A stretch of DNA of 61,054 bases, the filler included, from Sphacelaria rigidula (taxonomy: Eukaryota): assembly GCA_964200075.2 (NCBI GenBank). It is 7 parts of 7 records of this genome, joined end to end, with 100 filler letters (N's around TTAATTAATTAA, not from the genome) between each part and the next. Parts side by side here need not be neighbours in the genome. Positions count along the whole stretch, not along the records: positions 1 to 8,637 come from CAXNAA020010518.1; positions 8,738 to 17,374 come from CAXNAA020010519.1; 5 more parts are not named here. One strand, written 5' to 3'. The first letter of the stretch is position 1. Every line of letters starts with the position of its first letter. Position numbers and translations under genes: made by a program. This document shows, piece after piece, positions 1 through 12,124 of this stretch. The notes below the pieces were generated by a model that saw only the letters and a program-made list of their open reading frames with translations, had not been told where the DNA came from and did not search any database.

Positions 1-92
1 GCATTTCGGAACTGAAACGATTCATTCATTCATTGACCGCTTTACACTCTCAATCGTATCACTTACTACTCTCAATCTCACGAAAACACTGT
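1..92 (+). repeat. Dispersed ~90-bp repeat, second copy at 3201-3291
   Basis: GCATTTCGGAACTGAA-CGATT...TTGACCGCTT...CTCTCAATCGTATC...CTACTCTCAATCT-ACGAAAA is present at both sites in the same orientation. Confidence 0.8.
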
Positions 93-602
93 TACATTTG
101 GACCGAAGCTACGGCAACTGCACTCCGTGATGTACCAAGGAAAAAATGCTGCCCAGAGTCACTTTGCGTGTGCAGGACCCAGAATAAGCAGACAACGCTG
201 CAGCCTGCCCACCGGCAGCACTCATTATCGAGGCTAACCCACCTCACTTTTGGTCTGAACAACTTTCTGAGTGGCTTTATCCCCCCTAAAAAACGCAAAA
301 GGTTCGGGAATGCGGTGAAAGCGAAAAGTTCAAGTGGCGAAACCAAAAAATCGAGCCGATTCGAACAGTTTTTTTTTATTCATGTCTTCACACAACGGTT
401 TCGGGTTCTGCAGAGCGGAGAAAAAACGATTTTTTATTTTATTTATTTTAAGGTTGATTCGAGCCAATGGTCCTTGACCGCGGATAGCAACAACAGCGCC
501 TGTGTTCGGTGTCACCGATGAACTGTGGGCAGCGAAACCCCGTGGGTTGTCGTTCAGAAAGGACGGACCGTCTCTTTGAATGATTTTTCCCTTGTGATCA
601 AC

Positions 603-681
603 ACGATGCTCCGTCTCGAAGGGATGCGTGGTCAATGATCGAATGACTAAGGCGAGCAACAAATGAGTACGCCCCCCCCCC
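603..681 (+). mobile_element. Short retroposon 3' fragment with C-run tail and 14-bp flanking direct repeat (family C)
   Basis: GCTCCGTCTCGAAGGGATGCGTGGTCAATG...GCAACAAATGAGTACGCCCCCCCCCC is flanked by CCCTTGTGATCAAC at 589-602 and 679-692. Other copies: 9333-9415 (+), 25966-26040 (-), 43521-43582 (+). Confidence 0.75.
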
Positions 682-1544
682 TTGTGATCAACGGGACTCG
701 ACATGAAAATAATGCAAATACCCGCAGGGAAAAAATAAACAACATGGAATGGCCACACAGACACGAGTTGCTTGTCCCAAGAGGGTGGATGCGTCCGATC
801 CTGCTGCTCCCCTTAGCGTCATGAAGACAACGCGTAACAGGATGGTGGGCATATGGAACCGCTTCATTTCTCAGCGTTTCTTGTATTTTTCCGAAACTCT
901 ATAGTCTATACACCCCCGCCCCGCACCGCACCGTCTTCGTGTTGGAAATCTGTACGACGTACCCGCCACTTCTGAGCTGAAGTACGTCACACTGTTAGGT
1001 TAGACGGGAAGGGGGCACATCTTTGAGGCAACAAGCAGGCGAACAGCGATGAAGGAGGTGAGCACGGGATGCCACTTTCTTGCCCGTCTGTGGTCGCACG
1101 GCAGACGTTTGGCTCGAGTTGACGATCCGCGACCGTCTGCTGTGATACACTCTCATACACAGTATATAGTTGAGATGGTGTATTTAAGGGTCATACGACC
1201 GCAGGAAGGCGGCGATGGCATGGCCCAACTACCGTCAAACTATCGTATGAATGCGCAAGATACATCGTTTCGTCGGAGGCTCCCACTCAATCTTCTCCCT
1301 AGCTGTTACTGCTTATGATTCCCACGAATCACAGAGTCGTGCGTCGATGGATGGATGGATGGACGTGCTCGTATATTTTCCTCGAGACTCTGACTCCAAG
1401 AGATCGTGTGGTGATGATGGATGCGGCGGGACTCAAATCTATTTTCAACGAAAGGAATGTGAGGGTTTCTGCCTTGTGATTCTCGTGAACAGTGAGAAGC
1501 GTAAAACAGTACAATGCAGTGCAGATGCTGTGCAATACCCAATC

Positions 1545-2992
1545 TTCCACGGTTAGGACGAATCATCACGACTAAGAATCGCCAAATCCACGATTTCTTC
1601 GGCCTAATTGCCCAAAAGGGAGAAAAAAAATGACCGCTGGGCCAAGGGGTANNNNNNNNNNCTGCGTGTACCTGGGTTGCAACGCTGAAAACAGAGCCTA
1701 GGGATTGATTCGTACGAGTCGCATCAACATACTATAACCAAGTAATTTCTAGACGAATCATCATTTGTCCGACCCTTGCAATCTTCCTTCTGTTGTAGGA
1801 GTAGTGCCAGGCACGGTATACATGCAATCTGGGTGCAAAGCAACGCAATCAACCTCAATGTGCTAGGTATTTATTGCTCGAGAAGAGTTCGACATGATCC
1901 TTGGAAACAAACTGTGTGTCAACACTCATCACGGATGCGTTGTTTTATTTATTTTCTGCGGTGATCGCGGAGTACGCGGCTTTACCTGGTTCTTCGGAAA
2001 TCACAGTTGAAATATATACATACCCTCTTTTGTCCAACCATAATTCTACCGTAATCCTCATCCTCATCCAAACCCTAACCCGATGTAGACCATGAACCAT
2101 CGCAAGCATAGGGTGACCTAGTACTCGTCGTCTGGTTTTGCGGAGTGTCGAGCTCGATATTACACGTGCGTCCTGGAGATAGGGAACGTCAATGTGGGGT
2201 CGAGGCTCAACGGCTTATTTCAGAGGCAAACGCCAGCGTGGTCATGATTTTCCCTGTACAAGCTGGGCCGGCCAGGCCTGAAAACGGATCTGTACGAGTA
2301 CTCGTAGGTTGTCTCCGCATCAAATCTGGAAGTTCAATTTTCGAAATAGAGTGGAGAATGGGCCTGCACTCTACAGATCTGTCCTAGGCTAGCCCAGCTC
2401 AAATCTTCGCCGAATATACACAATACTGTTGTCGAGTTTCGGTAACCGCCCGTTGTTGTGCTTTCCTTTCGCCGTGCCTTACCCCCCCCCCCCCCCCCCC
2501 CCCCCCCCTTTTTTAGGCCACCCCAAATGAACCGGGCGAGGGGGGGGGGGGAAAAAAACCCACACAACGTCCCTCCTTGTACAGAGTCACAGAAAATTTA
2601 GCGGATCGAGGAGGGGGCAGCAAGAGATCCACAACGAGCTGTGCTGCCTACTTCCTACTGCGAAGCGACAACTGTAGTTATTATGCATACGCACCAAACA
2701 TGCAGATACCGCAGGGAACAATGTTTCAAGGGTCGGACGAATCAACGATTCGTCCTGATTGTACTTGATTTTAGTGTGATTGATTCATACTGTACGAATA
2801 AATCCCTATGCTTTGTTTTAAGCGTTGCAACCTAGGTACGCGCAGCCCAGGCACGTGCGTGGCATGGCGCAAAAGTTGCGTGGAGACTTGTTTGACCAGT
2901 GATCGACTTTTTTTAATCTATCCACCATCATCAGGCCTAAGAAATCGTGGATTTGGTGATTCGAACCGGAGATGATTCGTCCGAACCGTGCA
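1545..2992. repeat. Diverged inverted repeat pair (~1545-1780 and ~2725-2992), foldback/MITE-like
   Basis: CACGGTTAGGACGAATCATC...CCAAATCCACGATTTCTT-GGCCT and GTACCTGGGTTGCAACGCT...GTCCGACCCTTG are matched in reverse complement at 2727-2992. A 10-N gap lies at 1652-1661. Confidence 0.8.
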
Positions 2993-4306
2993 ATGTTTTT
3001 GTGATCGGAAGTAGAGCGGTGATTGAGAGTAGGTTTTATCATTCGCCTTAACTGGCCAACTTTTCATTCCGTGTCCGTGTGTGCTTTTCTTTGCATAAAT
3101 CACTGACGTGTGCTTACAGCTTCACGTCGATATCCTACTCCGGGATATCAAGGGCTTGAGTCGCAAGCTAATACAGGGAGCATATAGGGCGTTTGCGAGG
3201 GCATTTCGGAACTGAAGCGATTGATTCACTATAGTTGACCGCTTCCTACTCTCAATCGTATCGTCTACTCTCAATCTGACGAAAAAATTGTTGTAGGGAT
3301 GTCTCGTTTTTCTGCCGTAAACATGGGGATGTTATTATTCTGTCTGTTGTTGGGGATTTTTCGTCTTCAATTTTTCATTTCAAAGTTCTTGTCGTGCTTC
3401 TTAGAGCATGACCTGTCGTAAAGGGTACATAGACTAATTGTTCTATCACGCACACGCCGTTCCACCGAGCTGCACCAGCGACTGATACTCCCATGGATAG
3501 CCTTGTTCTAGGCAGGGGGTTTCCGGGTACTTCTTGGAGCCTAAGAGACCGAATTTCCCTGTTGATGGCGCTGCCACAGAGTACAGGTCGTCCGCATAGG
3601 AGAGTGGATGATGGCCTGCTGAGGACCCTGCCCGATATACACGGCGACGCCCGATCGATATACAGCAATGTCGGGTGAACCGCAACCGCAACAGTCAGTA
3701 GCGGACCGAAAAGACGCACAACTTGCTTCCCCTGGCTTGCTTTGTCATGCTAGGGATAATAAAGGACGGGCACATGCTGGGTGGTATACGGACAGTGGGT
3801 TCCACTTCTACGGGTTCTTCTCGGGGATGTACTCGGGGGCAAGGCATCGTGCTCTGCGGTCATGATGAATGGGTGCGTAAGAAACGAGTGCTTTTCGGGC
3901 GGACCATTTGTGTGTCAATGTTGATGTGCGGAGAGTCTACGTAGTCGACATGTTCGAGCAGTGCCGGGGTGCCTGTCCGTCGTGCGTTGCGAAGTGCTCT
4001 TGTCTGTGGTGGGATCATGAGGCAGTGGGAACTTTCGGTCTGCGACACATGGTGTTAGCTTGTGTCTAAGAGCGGGCGATCTAGAGCCCTAGGCATGCCA
4101 ATTCAAGTGAAATTTACATGTATCGCCAGGTTTCGCCAGTATGAGCCACAACGATGAACCGTCACAGTTTCGCATGGTATTCCGATTCGGTTCGAACAAC
4201 AGCATCGACCACGAAAGGCTAGGTAAGCCATGGTGCCGCCAGTGCATTGGGCGCTCGATGCGTACCGTCGAGCTGCGCGGCTTTCCCGTCTGATTCAGAC
4301 GTGCTT

Positions 4307-4520
4307 GTAATGCGTGGGAGGACCGCCTGCTTAGGGAACCGCGCCGTACACTAAACACCTCAGGATCGACGTTTTTCGAAACCAATCGGGCCAGTCCCTG
4401 CAAGGACCACACCCCTGACGCTAACCCCAACACTAATCCTAACCCGAACCCGAACCCGAACCATAGGGATGTTCGAATTTCGTTGCGATCCTCTAAGCAC
4501 GCGGTCCTCTCACGCATTAC
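4307..4520 (-). mobile_element. MITE with ~35-bp TIRs and internal telomere-like repeats
   Basis: TIRs GTAATGCGTGGGAGGACCGC-TGCTTAG / CTAAGCACGCGGTCCTCTCACGCATTAC. Internal CTAACCCCAACACTAATCCTAACCCGAACCCGAACCC. Confidence 0.85.
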
Positions 4521-7305
4521 AATCAGTGCCAGTGGAGCATTTGTACCCAGGATCACGACATACGCTGACCGCGCAGAATTTTCCTCATATACTGCTATAC
4601 TACGTTGATCATGTGCTACATTCCATGTTGCGCTTCGTTATTTTCATGTGGATTTTGGGCCACTTTTCACTTTCACGTCCACTGGCTGGCTGCGTTACAA
4701 AATAACTGGAAGGTACTTGACTGTATCGGCACTCTGTATTACGATAGAGTGTCGGAGGCGTTTTTTCCCGTGAGGGTTACTCTTTGTCAGCGTATTTACC
4801 TCCTTCCATCAATTTGACACTTGCGAAAACTAAGATGATTACCTCGCTCAGCATTATGAGGTGTTTATGTGTCGTGCGCAAGGAAATAGAGTTTTCGAAG
4901 GTGTTGAATTCGTGAGATTATGATATATTTACGCTGACAACTACCAAGCTGACGACAAAACGAGCTGTCTGTACTCTGGTATGAACCCCATTGCTTGAGA
5001 CCTCACAACCGGGGTGTGATCCACTCGAGAGGATCAGCGTATATTTGTACCTCACCTACGTCGGCAATGCTTTGGAAGACGTTGTCACACATATAATAGT
5101 TTTGACGCTCAAAATCCTCTTGTACTGTACTACCCGTACTCTTATTCGTGCGTGCTGTTGTGTACACCGCTGCAGCGTCCTGGACTCCTGACGAAGCGAA
5201 ACCCAATTTTGATGTTTCTTTCCGTGTTCTCGTGGAGTTTGATCATGTGGTGGGAGTGGGCGGCGGTGGAATCTCGTGGTAGTGTCATCGGCGACTAGCT
5301 GTACCGTACGCTGTGAAAAAGGTCGAGCTGCTTCGAAGTGGCACACCGCGGTAATGTCGAAGTAGCTGTCTTGATGTTCGGGGTGCTCCGCAGCACCGAT
5401 GACGACACGGCGGTTTGCTACAACAAGTTAAGATCAAGCTGCGCGGCAGGTACATGATTTTTTTGTCTATTTCATTTACGACGTCGTTAACTCCACTGCG
5501 CTGCACGAGACAGGTACCTCGACCGTCTAGAATATCTAGAATATGGATTGTACTTCACTACAGCATGGCATAGTGCACAAGCGACCAATTCGATTAACCA
5601 ATTGACAATCAGTTACCCAACCGATGCAATGAAGACATGAAATTGTGCCCAGCCTACCGGTAATTGAGTCGAATCTGGACCACAGCTTGCCGCGAAATGC
5701 TTAGTCATGATGAACGTCGCTTTTCATCCCTGAGTGACTCAACCCCGCGTGGCGCCTACTGTTCACCACAACAGTCCTCTGGCGCTTGCCCAGTGTCAAG
5801 ACTCCGGCAGCAGAACACACGAGCGTATTGGGAATTGTGGGCAAGGGAGTGCCTCGTGATCTCTAGGCGGTCCACATTTTGGGATCGTGTACGAGCTGAT
5901 TTTACTGTAGATCCCCGCGTGGTCAAATCTCACACAACAATGACTCCCAAATTACACACGTGGCTGGCACCAAGACCATGTATCACAGAGCGTGCAGCGT
6001 TGCTGAGGTGTTCGTTAGTGTTTGATTACAACTGTGGACGGCGTCTGACTCTCGCTGTAGCTTTAGCAGTCGCAAATTGCCTAGATTATTCCAAGGATAT
6101 TATTCGACGAACAGCGAAAAATAAGAAGACGACGGTTTCAGTTGCGGCGCAACTCCTAAAAATGACATGTTTTGTATGCTGATACGAAACGCTTACCTCG
6201 TGTCACACACATCAAGAGTATACTGGACTGCAGCACTCCAACAAGATATCTGTGTACACGCATCCCCGACGCTTCGCCAACAAGCGATACGCGAAGAGCG
6301 GGATATCCAGCGATTGTCATCGTGATCATCAGGATTCTCGATCTTGGGACGGCTGTCTTTAGAGGTTTCTGGTGAGCGTTTTGGAAAGGATGTCACATTA
6401 CGATTGATGGAAACGTGGCGTGCTGCGAGCACCCTAGGTGTTATGTGAATTTGCCGTGGTGGCGTGCGTCGTATACTTTTGCCTACTGGCCGTGATGGTC
6501 CTATGTGCGTTTTCCGATTCGTGTTGACGTCGCTGGTCACCCTGCTCGGGCTGCTTCCGAGTGTGAAAAGATCAGGCAGCACATTGCGGCAACCGCACAC
6601 TGTATTGACGTGTGGCCTGATTCACATGTCAGGGGCTGCACTGCTTATGGTTGTTCGTCTTGCACCCAGCGGTGGTGTCACCCTACAGCATAGCATGATA
6701 TGTGCTCGTCATGCACTCTTGACTCGCGTTATCTACTGCACGTAATCCATGAGGCCCGGTGGGAAACTCTTCGTGGAACACGGTACTCAGGCTGTCATTC
6801 GAAAAAAAACACAACGGCGGGCTCCTTTTCAGAAAGCCGTTTGTGTTGTATAGGAAGGCATGAACACCACAACTACCATATACTGTAGACTGATACCAGA
6901 GTCCACATTTTCATTGCACAAGGGCTGCAGCTGTCGTGCTGTCGTGTCGACGATTTCAGCGTTTAGTGAGCGTGATCCAGCACCTTCCAGATCGGAAATT
7001 GATGATGAGCTGGACATTCATTTAGTACAAGCTATTTGTGTTGTGATGCAAAACGAGCTAGTCTGCGTTTGTCTGAGTTGCCTTAGTGTAGAGCGATCGC
7101 GTCTGCCATTCGCCATTTCGGAATCAGCAGTGCGGTACAAGTCTCAGCTACCGTCTTGTCAGCGCAAGCGCTGATATCCACGGAGACGCCTACGTAGGAA
7201 TATAGGCTGCTACGATATCGGCGCTTGCCAGAAGAACCATCCTTCTTGAGCATGAAACGAACAAAACGGAGCATTGAGGCAGGAAAATATTGGTTCAACG
7301 GACAG

Positions 7306-7495
7306 CAATGCGTGGGAGGACCGCGTGCTTGTGGGACCGCGTCGGAGTTCAAACGCCCCTATTGTTAGTGTTGGGGTTAGGGTCAGAGGCGCGGTCCTTG
7401 CAGGGACTGGCCCGATGGGTTTTGAAAAACGTCGATCCTGGGGTGCTTCGAACTACGAAGTGGTTCGAAAAGCATGCGACCCTCCCACGCGTTAC
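7306..7495 (+). mobile_element. Diverged copy of the telomere-repeat MITE
   Basis: Same TIRs and internal GTTAGTGTTGGGGTTAGGGTCAG...GCAGGGACTGGCCCGAT...GAAAAACGTCGATCCTG as 4307-4520. Confidence 0.8.
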
Positions 7496-7797
7496 ACCCG
7501 CATAGTAAGCTACAGTACCCTGCTTTTCACCGAGACCTTCAGGTCTGCTCGAGAGAGAGACGTGGCGCCTGGGGATGTTCGTTGTTTTCCCTTCTGTTCT
7601 CCAGTGGTGAATCTCTCGTTGCCTTCAATATCCTTCCAGTAAAAACATGTGAATATCTTCAGTCAGTTGCCGCCTGAAACTACGGTATAGGAGGTTTGTT
7701 GTTGATGACCTGTGTCCGAGCACCTGTTTCCTTCAGTACTGCCCGTGAGGATTGAACGCACAACCTCCACATTGTGGTTTCATGATGCGACGTTTCT

Positions 7798-8006
7798 GTA
7801 ATGCGTGAGAGGATCGCGTGCTTAGAGGACCGCATCGGAATTTGAACATCCGTATGCTTAGGGTTAGGGTTAAGGTCAGTGTTGGGGTTAGGGTCAGGGG
7901 CGTGGTCCCTGCAGGGACTGAGCCGGTTAGTTGTGAAAAACGTTGACCCTGAGGTGGTTCGAACTACGATGCGGTCCTCTAAGCACGCGGTCCTCTCATG
8001 CATTAC
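7798..8006 (+). mobile_element. Copy of the telomere-repeat MITE; a fourth truncated copy lies at 8573-8637
   Basis: GTAATGCGTGAGAGGATCGCGTGCTTAGAGGACCGCATCG ... CGATGCGGTCCTCTAAGCACGCGGTCCTCTCATGCATTAC. Internal TTAGGGTTAGGGTTAAGG. Confidence 0.85.
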
Positions 8007-8637
8007 AGTTTCAGTACTGGGCACAACATTGCACGGCTGTTCAGGCATGTATTTGAACAGCGTATGCAGAGTGAAGTATTTCAATGTGACGGTAATACGG
8101 TAGAGGTGCTGTTGTGCAGTAACAGTCTGTCGTGTACTCCTGTGCCGCATAGCTACGTACGTCGCAAGTCCGTCACTTTAGTACATGAAAAAATCCCCAT
8201 ACTACACTACTAACAGTCTGTATCCGTGCGACCTCAAGGTGTGGGGATCGGCAGATACTACGCTCCCGTCACACATTTCGGAACAAAACGAAAGATCCAC
8301 GCATATTCTTGCAGGACTTGAACCATGTTCGCATTCTTTACGCAGTACTTGTTTCACTGACACTGTACTGTGCTTTTCAACTGTTGGTGTGACGTCGTCA
8401 CACCGTACACTGGTTGTTTTACAGTATGACGACCCTGCCGGTATCTGTAGACTGAAGCATGATACAAAAAATACAGTACCGCCAGGGTTCTATCGAAAAA
8501 TGATTTCGGGACACGTAAGCCCCGATATCGAAAAATTGAGTTTTTGAGGTGGGAAGGGGGGGGCGGGGGGGAGTAATGCGTGGGAGGACGGCGTGCTTAG
8601 GGGCCCGCATCGGAATTCAAACACCCCTATGGTTAGA

Positions 8638-8737
8638 NNNNNNNNNNNNNNNNNNNNNNNNNNNNNNNNNNNNNNNNNNNNTTAATTAATTAANNNNNNN
8701 NNNNNNNNNNNNNNNNNNNNNNNNNNNNNNNNNNNNN
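8638..8737. other. Artificial contig-joining spacer N44-TTAATTAATTAA-N44
   Basis: The same 100-bp linker recurs at 17375-17474, 26111-26210, 34847-34946, 43583-43682 and 52319-52418. Intervening pieces are 8,636-8,637 bp, consistent with length-sorted concatenated contigs. Confidence 0.98.
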
Positions 8738-8759
8738 CCCACAGCACGTGTACTACCAA

Positions 8760-9010
8760 GTGATGCTGCTGCGATAGCCCCCCCCCCCCGAAAAATAGCT
8801 GATTTGAGGAGGCAAAATCTCCATGAGAATCATCATCACAAAAGCCGAGGACCCCGAGCAGCTGGGAACTGGCACGCCTGAGATCGTTGTCGCCGATGTC
8901 GCCCATACGAGGCCCTTGATGTTGTCTGAAACCAACTGCATGGGCTACATGGTCATTTTCTTCGTGACAGGTTTTGGGGCTTGTTTGTCGGGGGGGGGCT
9001 ATCGCATCAC
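8760..9010. mobile_element. ~250-bp MITE with C/G-tract TIRs (family B)
   Basis: Ends GTGATGC...GCGATAGCCCCCCCC and GGGGGGGGCTATCGCATCAC. Related copies at 14264-14522, ~11755-11990 (reverse) and ~37620-37797. Confidence 0.75.
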
Positions 9011-9511
9011 TCTACCGATCGAGGAAAATCTCAGTTCCCATAGTACGTGAAACATCAAATGCCGAAGTACTAGATATTTCAGAATAACTGGAGTATCGCC
9101 TGCTTAAAATATCTAGTATTGGATGGAGTACCTGGAGTGTCGAGCGCCTACATTAAAGATCCAAATGAGCATGAAAATACTGAAAGAAAAAAGCTACTTC
9201 GTCACAGTCCAGCGGTTGATTTGCCCTACGGGAGGGCAGCAGCCTGATCTTGAGAATCCTACAATCCACACCCGATCGGATAATCAAAAACCTCATGCTT
9301 CGTACTGTAAAGCTCGACCCTTCAGCAAAATGTGCTCCGTCTCGAAAGGGATGCGCGGTCAAAATGGCCAAACGACTGAAGAAAGGCAAGCAACAAATGA
9401 GTATGACCGCCCCCGGCAAAAAACACAAGAGTCTCTCTCAACATCTTGAATGTGTAGGAAATCACTGTGAGGCCGGGAGTTCAGCGTGAAGACAAAAAGA
9501 ACGAGACACAC

Positions 9512-9630
9512 CTTGGATAGAAGCTTGAGCTTCTCCGTCTGCTTGAGAAGGTCCGGTACTGTCACCTCGGACATGCGCACGCTAGTACGGCTGGCGCGGG
9601 GAACCGAGGTGATCGGCCTCACACCCGCCC
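9512..9630 (-). CDS. Exon 2 of a plastid-targeted DUF1118-like protein gene
   Basis: CAG acceptor at 9633-9631 and GTGTGT donor from 9511. Joins exon 1 in phase 1 and encodes (G)AGVRPITSVPRASRTSVRMSEVTVPDLLKQTEKLKLLSK: an Arg/Ser-rich transit peptide then an LLK-x-x-EKLKLLSK motif I recall from DUF1118. Downstream exons are not seen on this contig. Confidence 0.75.
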
Positions 9631-11554
9631 CTGTGCGGAAAGGAAACCATTCGAAAAGAGGCAGACACACGCGCGCGCAGGTTGGGTATGTGCATCTTGT
9701 GACTACTGCTAGACTCGTCGCAGATGAGCGACTGTGCAACAATCAAAATGAAGTTTGACCCTTTTGGGATCGACCCCCCACCAACACAGGGTTGACCCTG
9801 TGTCAGCGAAATAATTAAAAGTAAGTCTTGCAGCGACCTGCTCAATCACGGCGAGGCGAGATATATCGACCAGGCCCGAACGACCAGCGCGGGGATTGTT
9901 GGCGAGTGTGATGCCACTGCAAAGATCATGTGGGCCCCCTATCCCTGGCCCAGATAAGCCATCCCAGGTTTCCAAGTTCAGGGCGGTCGGAACTTGGTTG
10001 TGTGATGTTACTTGCACTCAGTACAGCTTTCCCAAGTTTTCCGGTGGATTTCTTGGGTCACAATTTTGTACTAAAACGCAGTAATTACATCAACACAGGG
10101 TGGACAGGAAAAATCGGGAAGGAGTGTACATGCTACCATGTGGTCATTTTCACGAGGCACTAAACCCATGTGGACCGTGGAAAGACAAGCAGCTGTCATC
10201 ATGAATTCTGCTCATCCCTCTGCCGATGACTTGCAGTGTGCAGTTAATATGTATGTAGTGGGCGGGGATGAAGAAGCGGTATTTAGGCAGTTGATCTCGG
10301 TAGCTGAGAATTGCTCAGAGCGTGCAAGGGAGTATGCAGCGGCAGCTGCTGCTGCAGTCGGAGAGGCGCACTACACTGTACTGTACTATACTGTTGGATT
10401 TTCAGCAACACGCCATTTTTTCGTGCAGACGCCAGAAACGTCATTCCTGACCAGCCTCATTGGTCGTTCTGGAGGCCCGGTCCCAAAAGGGTTAAAAAAA
10501 AATCAAAGTCAATCGAAACATGCAATTGAAGGGGGAGGAGGGTACATCGCGAGAGTCGGTACGTACGAGTAGTTCGAACGCATCATTTAGTGCTCTTTCA
10601 TTTTGACAACAACAAAAACGCAAAACGGCTCCGGACAGATCGTGTGCATGAGACATATGTAGACTAGGGGGTGTATTTCTCCGCAAGATGCGAAGGTTTT
10701 GGTCGCCGTGTATGTGAATCGTGAAGTGAGCCTGAAAGTAGTCGGGTTATGTGGGTGCTATGGTGTGCGCTTGCAACGTGCCGTTCCTAACTAGAGAAGG
10801 CACGAGGGTCCTCCAGCCGAAGAAACTCCATTTGGTATCAGCATCTGATGGATATCTGAAAATAAGCACGGTGTACCAGGGGATGAGATTGCCATCCTCT
10901 GTTGTCCATGGCTGTATGAGGTAGGTAAGATGAATTCATCATTTCTTCCCCTCTGTATTTGTCGAAGGTACGAGTGTGTGACAAATATTCTAATCGATGC
11001 TCCTGAAGAATTTCGAGAGAAATCGGTTGTGGCGTGCCTGACCAATTACGCGATATTCCACTACGGGGCTTAGTTCATCAGTGACATACCCGAAACTGTA
11101 CCTTTTCTAGACAAAATCTCACACATACGGTACCCCCGGCGACTCGAATCCGAGAAGGACGTCACAGGATATACATGATGTCACGGCTCGGGAACACATG
11201 GAGGATTTGGGCCGTCAATCTCTCTAACCCAAGTTCAGTTGTACGAGTTATATCGCCGGGTCGCGGCGGCAAGCACGTGAAAAACTCACGGTTGGTAGCG
11301 CTGGACATTCAAAAGTAAACCCTTTCCTGGCGATGTCTGTACAGGCTATCTTGGTTCGAGTGGGCAAAAAATCTCTCATGTCAAGTTTCCCGGCGTCGCC
11401 TCGGTGGACGATTGCGTATCGTCAGAAGTTCTTGGTCGCGCAGGATCATACTGCCGGCACACGGAACTAAGGTCCTGCACGTGAAACGCAGCTACATCCG
11501 CGGCATTCAAGGCTTTCCCCTCCTACGCGCCTACGATGCTTCATTCTTCATATA

Positions 11555-12124
11555 TTTTCTTACTTGTCGCACTATGAATTTGAACCCCTCTCCTTCCGCT
11601 GGACGACGGACTTTGGTCCCAAGGGATCAACCCATCTCTCCCCTGTAAACGCCTTGCATTTTGATCTCGCGGCGTGGGTCAGCACTCCACCGCATCAACT
11701 CTCGTCAAACCAATTTAGTCGACTACTTTTGTCTCCTCAGGACACTTTCTACCATACCTGCCCCCCCCCCAAAAAAAACAGCCCAAAAGTGTCACGAATA
11801 AAATGGTCATACAGCGCCTGATGTTTGGGTTCAGGCTGCAAGAAGCGCCTCATATGGGCGACATTGGCGAGAACGCACCCAAGCGTGGGGATTCATTCCC
11901 AGCTGCTCATTGTGCTCGGCTTTTTCCATTTTAATTTACGTGAAGATTTTGCTTCCCCAAACTAGGCACTTTTGGGGAGGGGGCTATCGTAGAAAATGTC
12001 TCAGGTACTCACGCTTTTGACCATAGGAGCCAATTAATTCGAAGAAAAAAAAACACAATGGGAATCGAACCCACGTGATCTCTACCCTAGTGGTGACAGT
12101 TGGACCGCTAGACCACCGGGGGCG
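11555..12124 (-). mobile_element. tRNA-derived SINE (family S2) interrupted by a family-B MITE
   Basis: SINE body/tail at ~11578-11750 and tRNA-like head at ~12050-12124 (minus strand GCGCCCCCGGTGGTCTAGCGG...GGTTCGATTCCC) are separated by the MITE at ~11755-11990. Confidence 0.7.

Noticed and set aside
7857..7895. True telomere or chromosome end
   Set aside because: Only a few TTAGGG units, internal to a MITE.
10750..11500. Coding-like stretch inside the intron of the plastid-protein gene
   Set aside because: All three plus-strand frames contain stops and I recognise no motif.
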